From the NCBI GenBank assembly GCA_031411295.1, contig JANOAV010000072.1:1-64000 (forward strand): a stretch of 64,000 nt of DNA, read 5' to 3'. The notes beneath the pieces are model-generated. The model made no database searches. It was not told where the DNA came from and worked only from the letters and a program-made list of their open reading frames with translations. The DNA is from Verrucomicrobiales bacterium (GTDB lineage: Bacteria > Verrucomicrobiota > Verrucomicrobiia > Verrucomicrobiales > V1-33). The translations under genes and the position numbers were made by a program. Positions 8,926 to 18,777 of this stretch are shown piece by piece (position 1 is the first letter of the stretch; the number at the start of each line of letters is the position of its first letter).

Positions 8926-11900
8926 ATGAATTGGTATGCCATTTTGCTCCCCCTGATTTTTGTGAACGTCGGATGGGCGGAAATCTCGTTTAATCGCGAG
9001 ATTCGTCCGATCCTGTCGGAGAATTGTTTTTACTGCCATGGGCAGGACGGGAACAAGCGGAAGGCTGGCATCCGGTTGGATGTCCGTGAGGATGCGATGC
9101 TGCCAGCGGAATCGAAAATTTCGCCCATCGTGCCCGGGAAACCGGATGAGAGTGGGCTGATCCAGCGCATCTTCAACCAGGATCCAGAGGAAATGATGCC
9201 GCCGCAGAATTCACATCGGCAACTCAGTGCAGAGCAACGGAAACTGTTGCAGCGCTGGATCGCAGAGGGCGCCAAATATGAAAGTCACTGGGCCTTTGTG
9301 GCTCCGGTAAAACAGACGTTGCCGGAAGGCTGGAAGACGGCCGCATTGCACAACGAAATCGATTACTTCGTGGCTCAGAAATTGGCGTCAGAGCAACTGT
9401 CCCCGGCTCCGCCAGCGGATCGTCCCACCCTGTTGCGACGCCTGTCGCTGGATCTCATCGGGCTGTCGCCCACGCCGGAGGAAGTGGATCTGTTCGTGGG
9501 AGATCAATCGCCTAACGCGTATGAAAAGCAGGTGGATCGCCTCCTGAACTCACCGCACTATGGCGAGCGCATGGCCATGCCCTGGCTGGATGCCGCGCGT
9601 TATGCGGACAGTAATGGGTTCCAGCAGGATGGCGATACGTTCCAATATGTCTGGCGGGATTGGGTGGTGCAGTCACTGAATGCCGATCTCCCCTTCGATC
9701 AATTTTCGATTCAGCAACTCGCAGGCGATCTCTTGCCTAACGCCACGCAAGAGCAGCAAATAGCCTCGGCATTTAACCGCAATCATTTACTCAATGGTGA
9801 AGGCGGAGCCATTGCGGAGGAGCAGCGCTACAATATTCTGTTCGATCGCGTGGACACCACAAGCACCGTTTTCATGGGACTAACCATGGCCTGCGCGCAG
9901 TGTCATGATCACAAGTATGATCCGATGACGCAGCAGGACTATTACTCCATGATGGCCCTCTTCAATCAGGTTCCGGAAAGCGGCGTTCCTGGTGGCAGCG
10001 GGCAGTATCGCGTGGCGGATCCCGCCATCGAAGTGGTGACGGCCGCAGAAAAGGAGCAATTAGCAACGTTGGAAAATGCCGCCAAGGCAGCCATCAAGGC
10101 TGAACAGGAAGCAGGGCAAACGGAAGCCGCGCAAGCTGCTTTTGCCGCCTGGGAGCAGTCCATGGCCGATGATGGGGTGGTCACTTGGGAGCCGATGACC
10201 CCAACGGGCGTGGAAGCGAAGGATGGGGTGGACCTGCGGATTCAGAAAGAAGGCATCCTTTACGCCAAAGGGGTGGCACCTGATAAAACGGACTATGTCA
10301 TCAATCTCCCCGGCCAAACCAAGCCGCTCACTGGGCTGCGAATCGAGACCATCCCGGACGCGACCCTTCCCTCCGGTGGGGCGGGACGCAGCGACAGTGG
10401 CAATGCCGTCCTCACGCGGGTCACCTTGCGCAAAGGCGAAGAGGAAATTGCGCTCGTGGCGGCCTCGGCAGACTACACGCAGGGCTCCTTTTCTCCCAGC
10501 GGAGTGCTGGATAAGGATGACAACACTGGCTGGGCGTTCCACCCTGACGTGAAACATCCGCACCATCTCGTCCTGCAGACCGCATCGCCCGTGGCTAATC
10601 CAGAAAAGACGCCGTTGACCCTAACGATAGAATTTCGCTCCCAGCACAAGGCTCATCAATTGGGCAAATTCCGCATCTCCAGCACGACCTCCGGCCAACC
10701 GGCAGGCCGTCAGGGGGTGCCGCCGGAGATTGCTGAAATCTTGAAACAAGACCCCGCCAAGCGCGCCAAAGAAGCGACCGAGAAACTGCGGGCGCATTTT
10801 TTCAAATCCTCCCCGCCCGCTGCGTTGGCCCGTTTGAAGCAAGAACGGGAAGCTAAAGATTCCGCCTTGAAGAACTACAAGGCCAAGCTGCCAAGGGTCA
10901 TGGTGATGTCCGATGCCAAGCCCCGCCAGACCAAGATGCTGGAGCGTGGCAACTACCTCGCACCGACCAAGGATGTCGTCGGGGCCACGCCGGCATTCCT
11001 GCCGCCCCCGCCGAAGGCAGGGGCCTTGAATCGACTGGATTTCGCGCAATGGTTGTTCACCCCAGACCATCCCCTGACCGCCCGCGTGCAGGCGAACCGC
11101 ATGTGGCAACATTTCTTCGGAACCGGCTTGGTGAAGACGGCGGAGGACGTCGGCGTGCAAAGTGAAATGCCGATTTACGGTCAACTGCTGGATTGGCTGG
11201 CGGTGGAGTTTTGCGAGCACGGTTGGAGCATTAAACATCTCAATCGACTCATCGTCATGAGCGCCACTTATCAACAAAGTAGCCGTCAGGAAGGCGCCAG
11301 CAAACAACGCGATCCTGAAAATCGGCTGCTTTCTCGGGGGCCTCGCTTCCGCGCTCCGGCCATGGTGCTGCGGGATGCCGCGCTGGCGGCTAGTGGATTG
11401 TTGGATGATCGCATCGGTGGCAAGCCAGTTTACCCTTATCAGCCCGAAGCCATCTGGGAAACGTTGGCCATCACCAAGGAGCGAGATTTCACCTACCCCG
11501 CCAGCTCGGGAGCGGATCTGTATCGACGGAGTCTCTACACTTTCTGGCGACGCACCATCGGCCCGGCTAACATGTTCGACGGCTCCAATCGGCAAACCTG
11601 CAAAGTGCGCACGGCCATCACTTGCACCCCGCTCCATTCCCTGACCACCCTGAATGATATCACGTGGGCTGAAGCCGCCCGAGTGCTTGCTGGAAAGGCG
11701 CTGGAAGCTGGAGGGAATGCCACGGCGCAACTCCGCTTCGCCTTCCGTCGTGTGTTAGGTCGTCAGCCTGCGGAAGCAGACCTGGCTGCGCTGCAACGTG
11801 CCTGGGACAAGCAACGCGCCATTTACCAAGCTGACCCCAAAGCCGCCGCCGAAGTCGTCGCGCTGGGCCCAGCCCCCAAGAATGCAGCACTCAACGTCGT

Positions 11901-11970
11901 GGAGCACGCATCGCTCACGAACGTCTGCTTGGCGCTGCTGAACTTGGATGAAGCTCTGACGAAAGAATAG
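8926..11970 (+). CDS. Planctomycete-type cytochrome c domain + DUF1549/DUF1553 (PSD1) protein
   Basis: Signal peptide, ISFNREIRPILSENCFYCHG (CxxCH), YGERMAMPWLDAARYADSNG, CAQCHDHKYDP, HPLTARV..NR.W, RRSLY. Confidence 0.92.
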   Translation: MNWYAILLPLIFVNVGWAEISFNREIRPILSENCFYCHGQDGNKRKAGIRLDVREDAMLPAESKISPIVPGKPDESGLIQRIFNQDPEEMMPPQNSHRQLSAEQRKLLQRWIAEGAKYESHWAFVAPVKQTLPEGWKTAALHNEIDYFVAQKLASEQLSPAPPADRPTLLRRLSLDLIGLSPTPEEVDLFVGDQSPNAYEKQVDRLLNSPHYGERMAMPWLDAARYADSNGFQQDGDTFQYVWRDWVVQSLNADLPFDQFSIQQLAGDLLPNATQEQQIASAFNRNHLLNGEGGAIAEEQRYNILFDRVDTTSTVFMGLTMACAQCHDHKYDPMTQQDYYSMMALFNQVPESGVPGGSGQYRVADPAIEVVTAAEKEQLATLENAAKAAIKAEQEAGQTEAAQAAFAAWEQSMADDGVVTWEPMTPTGVEAKDGVDLRIQKEGILYAKGVAPDKTDYVINLPGQTKPLTGLRIETIPDATLPSGGAGRSDSGNAVLTRVTLRKGEEEIALVAASADYTQGSFSPSGVLDKDDNTGWAFHPDVKHPHHLVLQTASPVANPEKTPLTLTIEFRSQHKAHQLGKFRISSTTSGQPAGRQGVPPEIAEILKQDPAKRAKEATEKLRAHFFKSSPPAALARLKQEREAKDSALKNYKAKLPRVMVMSDAKPRQTKMLERGNYLAPTKDVVGATPAFLPPPPKAGALNRLDFAQWLFTPDHPLTARVQANRMWQHFFGTGLVKTAEDVGVQSEMPIYGQLLDWLAVEFCEHGWSIKHLNRLIVMSATYQQSSRQEGASKQRDPENRLLSRGPRFRAPAMVLRDAALAASGLLDDRIGGKPVYPYQPEAIWETLAITKERDFTYPASSGADLYRRSLYTFWRRTIGPANMFDGSNRQTCKVRTAITCTPLHSLTTLNDITWAEAARVLAGKALEAGGNATAQLRFAFRRVLGRQPAEADLAALQRAWDKQRAIYQADPKAAAEVVALGPAPKNAALNVVEHASLTNVCLALLNLDEALTKE

Positions 11971-11976
11971 GCGGTT

Positions 11977-12080
11977 CCAAGGAGTGGGGCTTTGCAAGCC
12001 CCACCATCATGCTAGGAGCACAAACAGCGCTAAACCATACCCATGCATGGGTGCGGGGCTTCAAAAGCCCCGCTCCTTGG
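11977..12080. repeat. REP doublet (REPIN-like inverted pair)
   Basis: ccaaggagtggggctttgcaagccccacc ... gtgcggggcttcaaaagccccgctccttgg; each arm is a hairpin and the two arms are inverted copies. Confidence 0.75.
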
Positions 12081-12198
12081 GCGTGCAGAAATCCGCCCCG
12101 TCCGCCCCGCTTCATTTGTGGGATTTTAGGTTGCCGATGCGTCAAGTCTTCGCCACAATACGGCGTTTCTGCGAAACTGACCAACATACCAAACCGCT

Positions 12199-13701
12199 TT
12201 GAAGAACAAGAACGCTGCAAAATACGTGGGGATCGATTTAGGCACCTCCACCTCCGGCCTGGCTTACATTCGTTCGGATGGCAATCCTGAGATTGTCCCG
12301 AACGGTGATGGGGAGCGCATGACGCCTTCCGTGGTGTATTTCGACCGCCACGAGGACATCAAGCTCGTGGGCTCTGCCGCGCGCGACGGAGGTGATCCCG
12401 AGCGCACGATCCACCTTATCAAACGCCACATGGATGATCCGAATTTCGTGATCAACATGGATGGCAAAAAATGGACGCCCACGGAAATATCGGCGCTTAT
12501 TTTGGCGAAGCTGAAGCGGGATTGCGAGAAGATCGTGGGTGAGATTGAGGATGTGGTCATCACGGTGCCGGCCAATTTCAATGAACTGGCGCGGAAGGCG
12601 ACGATTTCTGCCGGGAAGATTGCCGGCTTCAACGTGAAGCGGATTGTCAACGAACCCACGGCTGCCGCCCTCTACTACGCCCACACTCAGGGGTTACAGG
12701 GGAAGGTCCTGATCTATGATCTCGGAGGCGGCACGCTGGATATCACGGTGCTGGAAGTGGAGGGTGAGCGCATTCGCTGCCTAACCTCCGAAGGGGCCCG
12801 CCGTCTGGGTGGATCAAATTTCGATGATCGGATTCTGGAATTGATAGCCGAAGCCTACCGTCTGGAGCACGGTGTGGAATTATTTGAGAACGAGCGGCAA
12901 CGTCGTCGCTGTCTGCAAAGCGGTGAGGACATGAAGAAAATGCTCTCCAAATTGAAGCAGGTGACGGACACGGTGGGAAATGATCGGGGCGGCCTGACCC
13001 GGATTGAACTCACCCGGGACGTCTTCGAAGAAGCCGTGGGCCGACTCTTTACGCGGACGATCATGTTGGTGGAGCAGGCGTTGGACTCAGTGAATCTAAA
13101 GCCCAAGGACATTGATCACGTCGCCCTCGTGGGCGGCAGCACGCGGATGCCTCATGTGCGGGATTTGCTGGCGGAATTCTTTGGTTTCGAGCCCACCTCC
13201 TGTGGCAATGTGGACGAATGTGTGGCGCTGGGAGCCGCGTTATTTGCCAAGAAGGCCGCGCAGGTGGAGGAAGTCTGCAATCATAGTTACGGCACGCTCG
13301 CCATCGTGGAAGATGCCGCCACCGGGAACATGGAATATTGCAATACCATCGTCATTGCCAAGAACACTCCCCTGCCTTGCACCTCTTCCCAAACGTATGT
13401 CACTTCCGAGGACAACGAATCGAACATTGAGGTGGAAATCACCCAAGGGGAAGACTCCGACCCCAAATATGTCGATGTCATTGGCCGCATCATGCTCGAA
13501 GTGCCACCGGGCCGTCCCGCTGGCTGTGAAGTAACCGTGACTTATGGTTACGATGAAAATCAACGGGTGCATGCCACCGTAAAGGATGAACGCTCTGGCC
13601 GCACCAAGGAAGTGGCCATCACCTATGATGGAGCAGGGGTGCTGCAGGACGATGAAATCGATCGTAAGGCCGCCTATTTCCAAAATCTCCGCATCGAATA
13701 A
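12199..13701 (+). CDS. Hsp70-family protein (non-canonical DnaK paralogue)
   Basis: GIDLGT, TPSVV, VITVPA, NEPTAAAL, YDLGGGTLD, LVGGSTRMP; only 500 aa; TTG start. Confidence 0.9.
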   Translation: MKNKNAAKYVGIDLGTSTSGLAYIRSDGNPEIVPNGDGERMTPSVVYFDRHEDIKLVGSAARDGGDPERTIHLIKRHMDDPNFVINMDGKKWTPTEISALILAKLKRDCEKIVGEIEDVVITVPANFNELARKATISAGKIAGFNVKRIVNEPTAAALYYAHTQGLQGKVLIYDLGGGTLDITVLEVEGERIRCLTSEGARRLGGSNFDDRILELIAEAYRLEHGVELFENERQRRRCLQSGEDMKKMLSKLKQVTDTVGNDRGGLTRIELTRDVFEEAVGRLFTRTIMLVEQALDSVNLKPKDIDHVALVGGSTRMPHVRDLLAEFFGFEPTSCGNVDECVALGAALFAKKAAQVEEVCNHSYGTLAIVEDAATGNMEYCNTIVIAKNTPLPCTSSQTYVTSEDNESNIEVEITQGEDSDPKYVDVIGRIMLEVPPGRPAGCEVTVTYGYDENQRVHATVKDERSGRTKEVAITYDGAGVLQDDEIDRKAAYFQNLRIE

Positions 13702-13725
13702 ACTCCAGCCAACCCCTATCTGATT

Positions 13726-14181
13726 ATGTTCGGACGAGTCATTAGCAAAATTTTCAAACGAGCCCCCATCCCGGCGCCACCTCCAGCGGAGTCTGATAAG
13801 TCAGAAACCGGTGGTGGGTCCCCCTTCGCTCGCAATAACGCCCCAGCCAAGGCTCAGCCAGAGCCTGCCGCGCCTCCGGTCAGCCCAGCCTCCAAGAAGC
13901 CCGCCGGCTCAGCCAAGGCTTCGACGGAGAAAGCCGCCGATTCGGTGAAGCAACAGTGGGCTGCCAAAGCTGGCCAGAAGCTGAATACCGGAGACAGCAT
14001 TGAAGCGCTCTGCGGGATCACCAAGCAGATGACCACGGCGGAGATCGCGGAGAAGTTGGCCATCCTCTACAAGCGTCACAACCGGGCTGCTTCCAGTCTG
14101 GATCCCCAGATGCGCGAAGAAGCGGAAGTCATGCTCGAAGCAATCGCCTCGGCCAAGGAAAAGTTCCTCGCTAAGAAATAG
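13726..14181 (+). CDS. Hypothetical protein with Pro/Ala-rich linker and C-terminal degenerate J-domain-like region
   Basis: C-terminus LCGITKQMTTAEIAEKLAILYKRHNR...EEAEVMLEAIASAKEKFL parallels J-domain helices; 24 nt after the Hsp70 stop. Confidence 0.6.
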   Translation: MFGRVISKIFKRAPIPAPPPAESDKSETGGGSPFARNNAPAKAQPEPAAPPVSPASKKPAGSAKASTEKAADSVKQQWAAKAGQKLNTGDSIEALCGITKQMTTAEIAEKLAILYKRHNRAASSLDPQMREEAEVMLEAIASAKEKFLAKK

Positions 14182-14372
14182 TTGTCCGGGTCGGGTGCCT
14201 CGTGGCGTGACGTTCCCATCCCGCGAGCGCTGGATTTGGTGCCATGATGCCACCGCTGCTTGGCTTACCCGGCATTGGTGGACGGAAGCTCACCTGCCTG
14301 AGAACGCCACCAGCCGCGCCTCTGGGGGAGAGGACACGGCTGATGATTTTTGGGGGGGAGACGGGGAAATCC

Positions 14373-16577
14373 TTAGTGGATATTCGCGAGTGCGGTATCG
14401 AAGATCCGGAAGAAGCAGGGCTGCTTGGCGACCATCACCAGATCCACGTGGCGACGGACGAGGTCTGCGAAACTCTTGTTCCAATTCTCGTTTGGTGCGC
14501 CTGTCAGGGCGGGATCTGGCGCTCCGGTGGTGATGCCAGTGAGGAAGCCGGAGAGGGTTGAGGGGGCAAACATCGGGCGTTCAGACACGTGGGTGAACTC
14601 GCTGAGATTCCCGGCAGGATTGCTCTTGTAGTTTCCGGTCTCACCATGGTGGCAGCCGCTGCAAGTATTGAGGGAGAAGCTGTGGCGATCATCCATGGCC
14701 AGGGCCGAGGACCCGACAGGCAGCGGCCCGTCCCAGTAAGTGGGGAAACCACGGAAGTTAGGCATCGGTGAAGCCCCACCCAGAAACGCCTGGCCCATCC
14801 AGCGCAGCGGCACCGTGACCCCGGGGGTGGTAAACTGTCCCACATTGGCAGCGGCTTGCAGGAAGGTCTGCACTTCGTTCTGACCGTTGTGGACCCAGGC
14901 GGGGGTTTGTTTCACGGTGACTTCACGCAGCATGCCGGCATCGGAATCGTTGTTGAAGATGCGCCATTCACGCATTTCCCATGGGCCAACCAAGATCTCA
15001 TTCGAGCGAATCTGGCTGATGGCGGAATGCTGTGGGCCGGAGGTGCCTTGGCCTGGAAGGGTGAACTGATCCGTGATGGCTTGCAGCGCGGCGTTGTAGG
15101 CCGGACCGAAGGGAATGGACTCCAAGGCCAGCCACTGCTGCGCCCAGGCTTTGATCTGCTCGCAGCCTTTGCGGGGCACGCAATACTCCAGGATGACGGT
15201 GAAGGGCAGTTCGCAGGAAGTCTGGTTGTAACCGCCAGCACCTCCGGTGCCAGTGCCACCCGCTGGGGTGGTGTGGAAGACCGGCCCTAACGCACAGAAG
15301 ACGAAGCGCGCTTCTCCTGCCTCGCAGATTGGATTGCAGGGATCATCTTTCACGGTGCCCCCGCCGTAGGGACTGCCATTTGTCTGCCGCAGATCGACCC
15401 GATTCACGATGGCGCAGAGCCGGAAGGGAGCTTTCGCCAAATCCAGCGGACCGCCGGGACCTACGCCGCTGGCAATCTCCCAGGGCGTGATGATCGACGT
15501 TTGGATACTGGCAAGCCGCTCGGCCACGACGTCGTTGTTGATCGTTTGGTTCACCACCCAACTTTCCAGCCAACGGCGGACGAAGTCGCGTGGGTCCACT
15601 CCAGTGGGAGTCATGTTAGTCATCAGCTTACCAAAGGTCCACGGACCCATGGGGGTGCCGATACCAGGCTGGCCCTGCACGGAGCAGGGATCGAAGGTGC
15701 GGATGGGATCATTCACCACGGTCAAATCGGTGATCATCAAAGATTTATCCCAACTGCCGACCGTGAGAGGGCTCACGACCACCGGACCGGCACCGGCCGC
15801 ACCGCCGGGCGCACCTGCGATGCCGGCCGCGCCTCCGGTGGAGCGCACGCTGGGTGGTCCTCCCAAAGTTTTGCTAGGGGCTCCAGTGGCTCCACCGATG
15901 AACCCGCCGCGTATGATGTAGGGCTGTCCCGGTGGCAGGCCATTCAGTGAAATGGGGGCTACAGGGACGTTCCCAATCCACTCCCGGCCTCTAAACATCG
16001 GTTGCACCGTGCCTGGAGGAAGTCCGTTGAGAAAGGTGTTTAACTCGTTCACTTCAGCGCCCGAGAGAAACAAGGCAGCGGTGAATTTTCCATCGCCAGC
16101 AACTTTATCTCCGCTCGTGCCATCATCGCGGAAAATTTTTACGCTGCCCCCAATCGACATGGGGATGGTGGGGCTGCCAGGGGGATTATCAAAGGTCACT
16201 TCAATCGGAGAGAAACCATCAATGGTCACGCTGGGAAGCGAGATTTCCGTAATCGGGGGGTGCACTGGAAGGCTGAATCCAGCGGCATCCGATACCTGAC
16301 CGTTCTGGACCACCCGGAAGAACTTGTTGGGTTTGTCGATGGCCATGGTGGCGCGCTGTTGGGTGGCTGGCACGGGAGCCAGGGTCCAGTTGACGAGATC
16401 ATCGCTGACAAATAATTGGCTGTTGGGAGCCCAATCTACTCTGAGAGCAGATCCTGTGCTCTGCACGATTGGGGGGGCTAACGGGGCCGCCGGAAGATAA
16501 GCGGCGGCGGTCAGGGCCAAGGCTAGGCAAGGAATGACCGCGGCGCGTGACGCGGTCGGCAGGGTTGGTTGTTTCAT
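14373..16577 (-). CDS. Secreted protein with DDGxxGDxxAGDG anchor-type motif and C-terminal CxxCH (putative c-type cytochrome)
   Basis: Signal peptide; DDGTSGDKVAGDGKFTA; Gly-rich linkers; CSGCH near the C-terminus. Confidence 0.7.
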   Translation of the reverse strand: MKQPTLPTASRAAVIPCLALALTAAAYLPAAPLAPPIVQSTGSALRVDWAPNSQLFVSDDLVNWTLAPVPATQQRATMAIDKPNKFFRVVQNGQVSDAAGFSLPVHPPITEISLPSVTIDGFSPIEVTFDNPPGSPTIPMSIGGSVKIFRDDGTSGDKVAGDGKFTAALFLSGAEVNELNTFLNGLPPGTVQPMFRGREWIGNVPVAPISLNGLPPGQPYIIRGGFIGGATGAPSKTLGGPPSVRSTGGAAGIAGAPGGAAGAGPVVVSPLTVGSWDKSLMITDLTVVNDPIRTFDPCSVQGQPGIGTPMGPWTFGKLMTNMTPTGVDPRDFVRRWLESWVVNQTINNDVVAERLASIQTSIITPWEIASGVGPGGPLDLAKAPFRLCAIVNRVDLRQTNGSPYGGGTVKDDPCNPICEAGEARFVFCALGPVFHTTPAGGTGTGGAGGYNQTSCELPFTVILEYCVPRKGCEQIKAWAQQWLALESIPFGPAYNAALQAITDQFTLPGQGTSGPQHSAISQIRSNEILVGPWEMREWRIFNNDSDAGMLREVTVKQTPAWVHNGQNEVQTFLQAAANVGQFTTPGVTVPLRWMGQAFLGGASPMPNFRGFPTYWDGPLPVGSSALAMDDRHSFSLNTCSGCHHGETGNYKSNPAGNLSEFTHVSERPMFAPSTLSGFLTGITTGAPDPALTGAPNENWNKSFADLVRRHVDLVMVAKQPCFFRIFDTALANIH

Positions 16578-16769
16578 AGATAGCGGAATTTGAGTTTGGA
16601 ATGAATCGGCTCACATCCCCGCCCCAAAGAGGGAGCTTCGCGCACGACACCCACTCAGGCAGCCAGTTACGAAGTTTGGAAATGTAATCCACTTCGCTCA
16701 TCGGTTTCCGCTGAGACGATTTGCAAAATTTTGGAATTATTTCACCGGCATTCCGCAGCAGGGGGGAAT

Positions 16770-16806
16770 AAAAAAGGGAGTCCGACTGAGACAGCCGGAC
16801 TCCCTT
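16770..16806 (-). terminator. Intrinsic terminator of glyQS
   Basis: Minus strand aagggagtccg-gctgtctcagt-cggactccc-tttttt, about 20 nt after the stop. Confidence 0.85.
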
Positions 16807-16825
16807 GCTTTGATTTTGCGTTCTT

Positions 16826-18625
16826 TTACCCGTTGATTTTCGCCAGCAGGTAGCCTGCCAGTTCGTCGATCTTGACGCGGGTTTGGGCACCGCTGTCGCG
16901 TTCGCGGACGGTGACGGTATCGGCTAGTTCGGGGCCTTTTTCGCCCAGAGTTTCGAAATCGATGGTAACACCGAAGGGCGTTCCCACTTCGTCCTGCCGC
17001 GCATAACGACGGCCGATGTTGCCGCCTTCATCGTAGAAACAATGGAAGTGTTTCTTCAGCTTGGCATAGACCTCGCGCGCTTTGGCCACTTGCTCGGGGC
17101 GGTTTTTCAGAAGCGGGAAGACACCGCATTTCACCGGGGCAATGCTGGGGTGAATGCGCAGGAAGGTGCGCATTTCTTTCTTGCCGTTGACGTCGGTTTT
17201 CTCTTCTTCAACAAAGGCGTTAGAAATGACAGCCAGCGCCAGTCGATCCAGCCCTGCGGAGGGTTCGATGACGTGGGGCAGGTAGTTGCCTTTGAGGAGT
17301 TTTTCCACAAAAGGAATCGCGGCGGTGCGGCCTGCGATGCCATCTTTTCCTTTGCTGATATAGCTGGCTTCCCAGGCATCGATGACCTTATTGGAAAACG
17401 CCTCTTTCTCCTCGGGGGACAGTTTTGCTGCGGCGGCCCTGAGTTCGTCGTCGAAGACTTCGAGGAATTTTCCGGAGTGTTCCTGATGCTGGCTCAGGTC
17501 GAAATTGCCGCGCGCGGCAATGCCTTCGAGTTCTTCCGTGCCGAAGGGGAACTTGAATAGAATGTCCACACAAGCGCGGGCATAGTGAGCCAGATCGGCG
17601 GGCTCCTGCCAGTAGTATTCTAGCACATCGCGTCCCAGGCCGATGGTAGCGTAGAACTTGGTGCGTTGGTCCACCCAGTAGCGATGCCACATTTCCCAGC
17701 CCCAGTTCGGCTGTGGTTCGGAGAGGTCGGCGGTCTCGCTCCACTGCGCCACGCTGCCGTGCATCAGCTCGATGGCTTCGTCTGGCGCGATGAAGAATTC
17801 CAATTCCATTTGTTCAAACTCCCGCGAGCGGAAGGTGAAGTTTTTGGGAGTCACTTCGTTGCGGAAGGCTTTGCCGATTTGGCAGATGCCGAAGGGGACT
17901 TTGATGCGACTGGAATCGAAGACGTTCTTAAATTGCACGAAGATGGCCTGGGCCGTTTCCGGGCGCAGGTAGGCGCGATTTTCCTCGGTGGCGGTAGGGC
18001 CCACGAGGGTGCTGAGCATGAGGTTGAAGGGGCGCGCTTCGTTGAGGGCTCCGGTGGTTTCCGGATGGAAATCTACCGATCCTTCTAGCACGTCGCCTTT
18101 GGTTTCCCCTAGCAATTCGATGGCCTCAGATGCGCCTGCGGCTTCACCTGCATTTTGTGCCAGCAGAACGCGGATGCGTTTGCGGAAGCTGTCAATGTGC
18201 TCGCCCTTCTTAATCAGCGCGGAGAAGGGACGGCTGTATTTCCAACCGGTGGGTGAGGTGGCACCATCATAAAACATGGCGACACCAAAGGAGGGATCTA
18301 CATGATCCGCCCGAACGCGTTTGTTGGAGATGATGCATTCGCGCATCAAGTCCGCAAAAGTATCCACGTGGCCGGATGCCTTCCAGATGGCTGGATGCAT
18401 GATGATGGTGGCATCCAGGCCCAACACATCTTCGCGCTGACGGGTCATGGTGACCCACCACGCTTCACGCAAATTCCGCTTCAGTTCTGCTCCCAGCGGG
18501 CCGTAATCCCAGAAGCCGCCGATCCCGCCGTAGATCTCAGAGGATTGGTAGATATAGCCACGGCGTTTGCAGAGGCTGGTGATCTTCTCCATCAAGGGAG
18601 TTTCTTTCGCTTTGGGATCGCTCAT
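16826..18625 (-). CDS. glyQS: Glycine--tRNA ligase, alpha2 type
   Basis: DYGPLG, WKASGH, YLRPETAQ, GKAFRNE, FRSREFEQME, LEGIA.R, IEPSAGLDR, IGRRYARQDEVGTP. Confidence 0.96.
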   Translation of the reverse strand: MSDPKAKETPLMEKITSLCKRRGYIYQSSEIYGGIGGFWDYGPLGAELKRNLREAWWVTMTRQREDVLGLDATIIMHPAIWKASGHVDTFADLMRECIISNKRVRADHVDPSFGVAMFYDGATSPTGWKYSRPFSALIKKGEHIDSFRKRIRVLLAQNAGEAAGASEAIELLGETKGDVLEGSVDFHPETTGALNEARPFNLMLSTLVGPTATEENRAYLRPETAQAIFVQFKNVFDSSRIKVPFGICQIGKAFRNEVTPKNFTFRSREFEQMELEFFIAPDEAIELMHGSVAQWSETADLSEPQPNWGWEMWHRYWVDQRTKFYATIGLGRDVLEYYWQEPADLAHYARACVDILFKFPFGTEELEGIAARGNFDLSQHQEHSGKFLEVFDDELRAAAAKLSPEEKEAFSNKVIDAWEASYISKGKDGIAGRTAAIPFVEKLLKGNYLPHVIEPSAGLDRLALAVISNAFVEEEKTDVNGKKEMRTFLRIHPSIAPVKCGVFPLLKNRPEQVAKAREVYAKLKKHFHCFYDEGGNIGRRYARQDEVGTPFGVTIDFETLGEKGPELADTVTVRERDSGAQTRVKIDELAGYLLAKING

Positions 18626-18777
18626 GTGAGGCTTATGGGTGTGTGTTTTAAGGCCCGGAGGTCCGCACGGGAATGGCGGCAACGGGGGCGGGTTATGTGC
18701 CGTCTGAGCCGGGGGGCGTCAAGTGGAGAGAAATGACTGCTGCTGGACGGTTCAATTTTCCACCCGGCAAAGGCCGC

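Noticed and set aside
16578..16760. Riboswitch upstream of the secreted CxxCH protein
   Set aside because: No motif matched a family I could recognise; an Rfam/Infernal scan would be needed.
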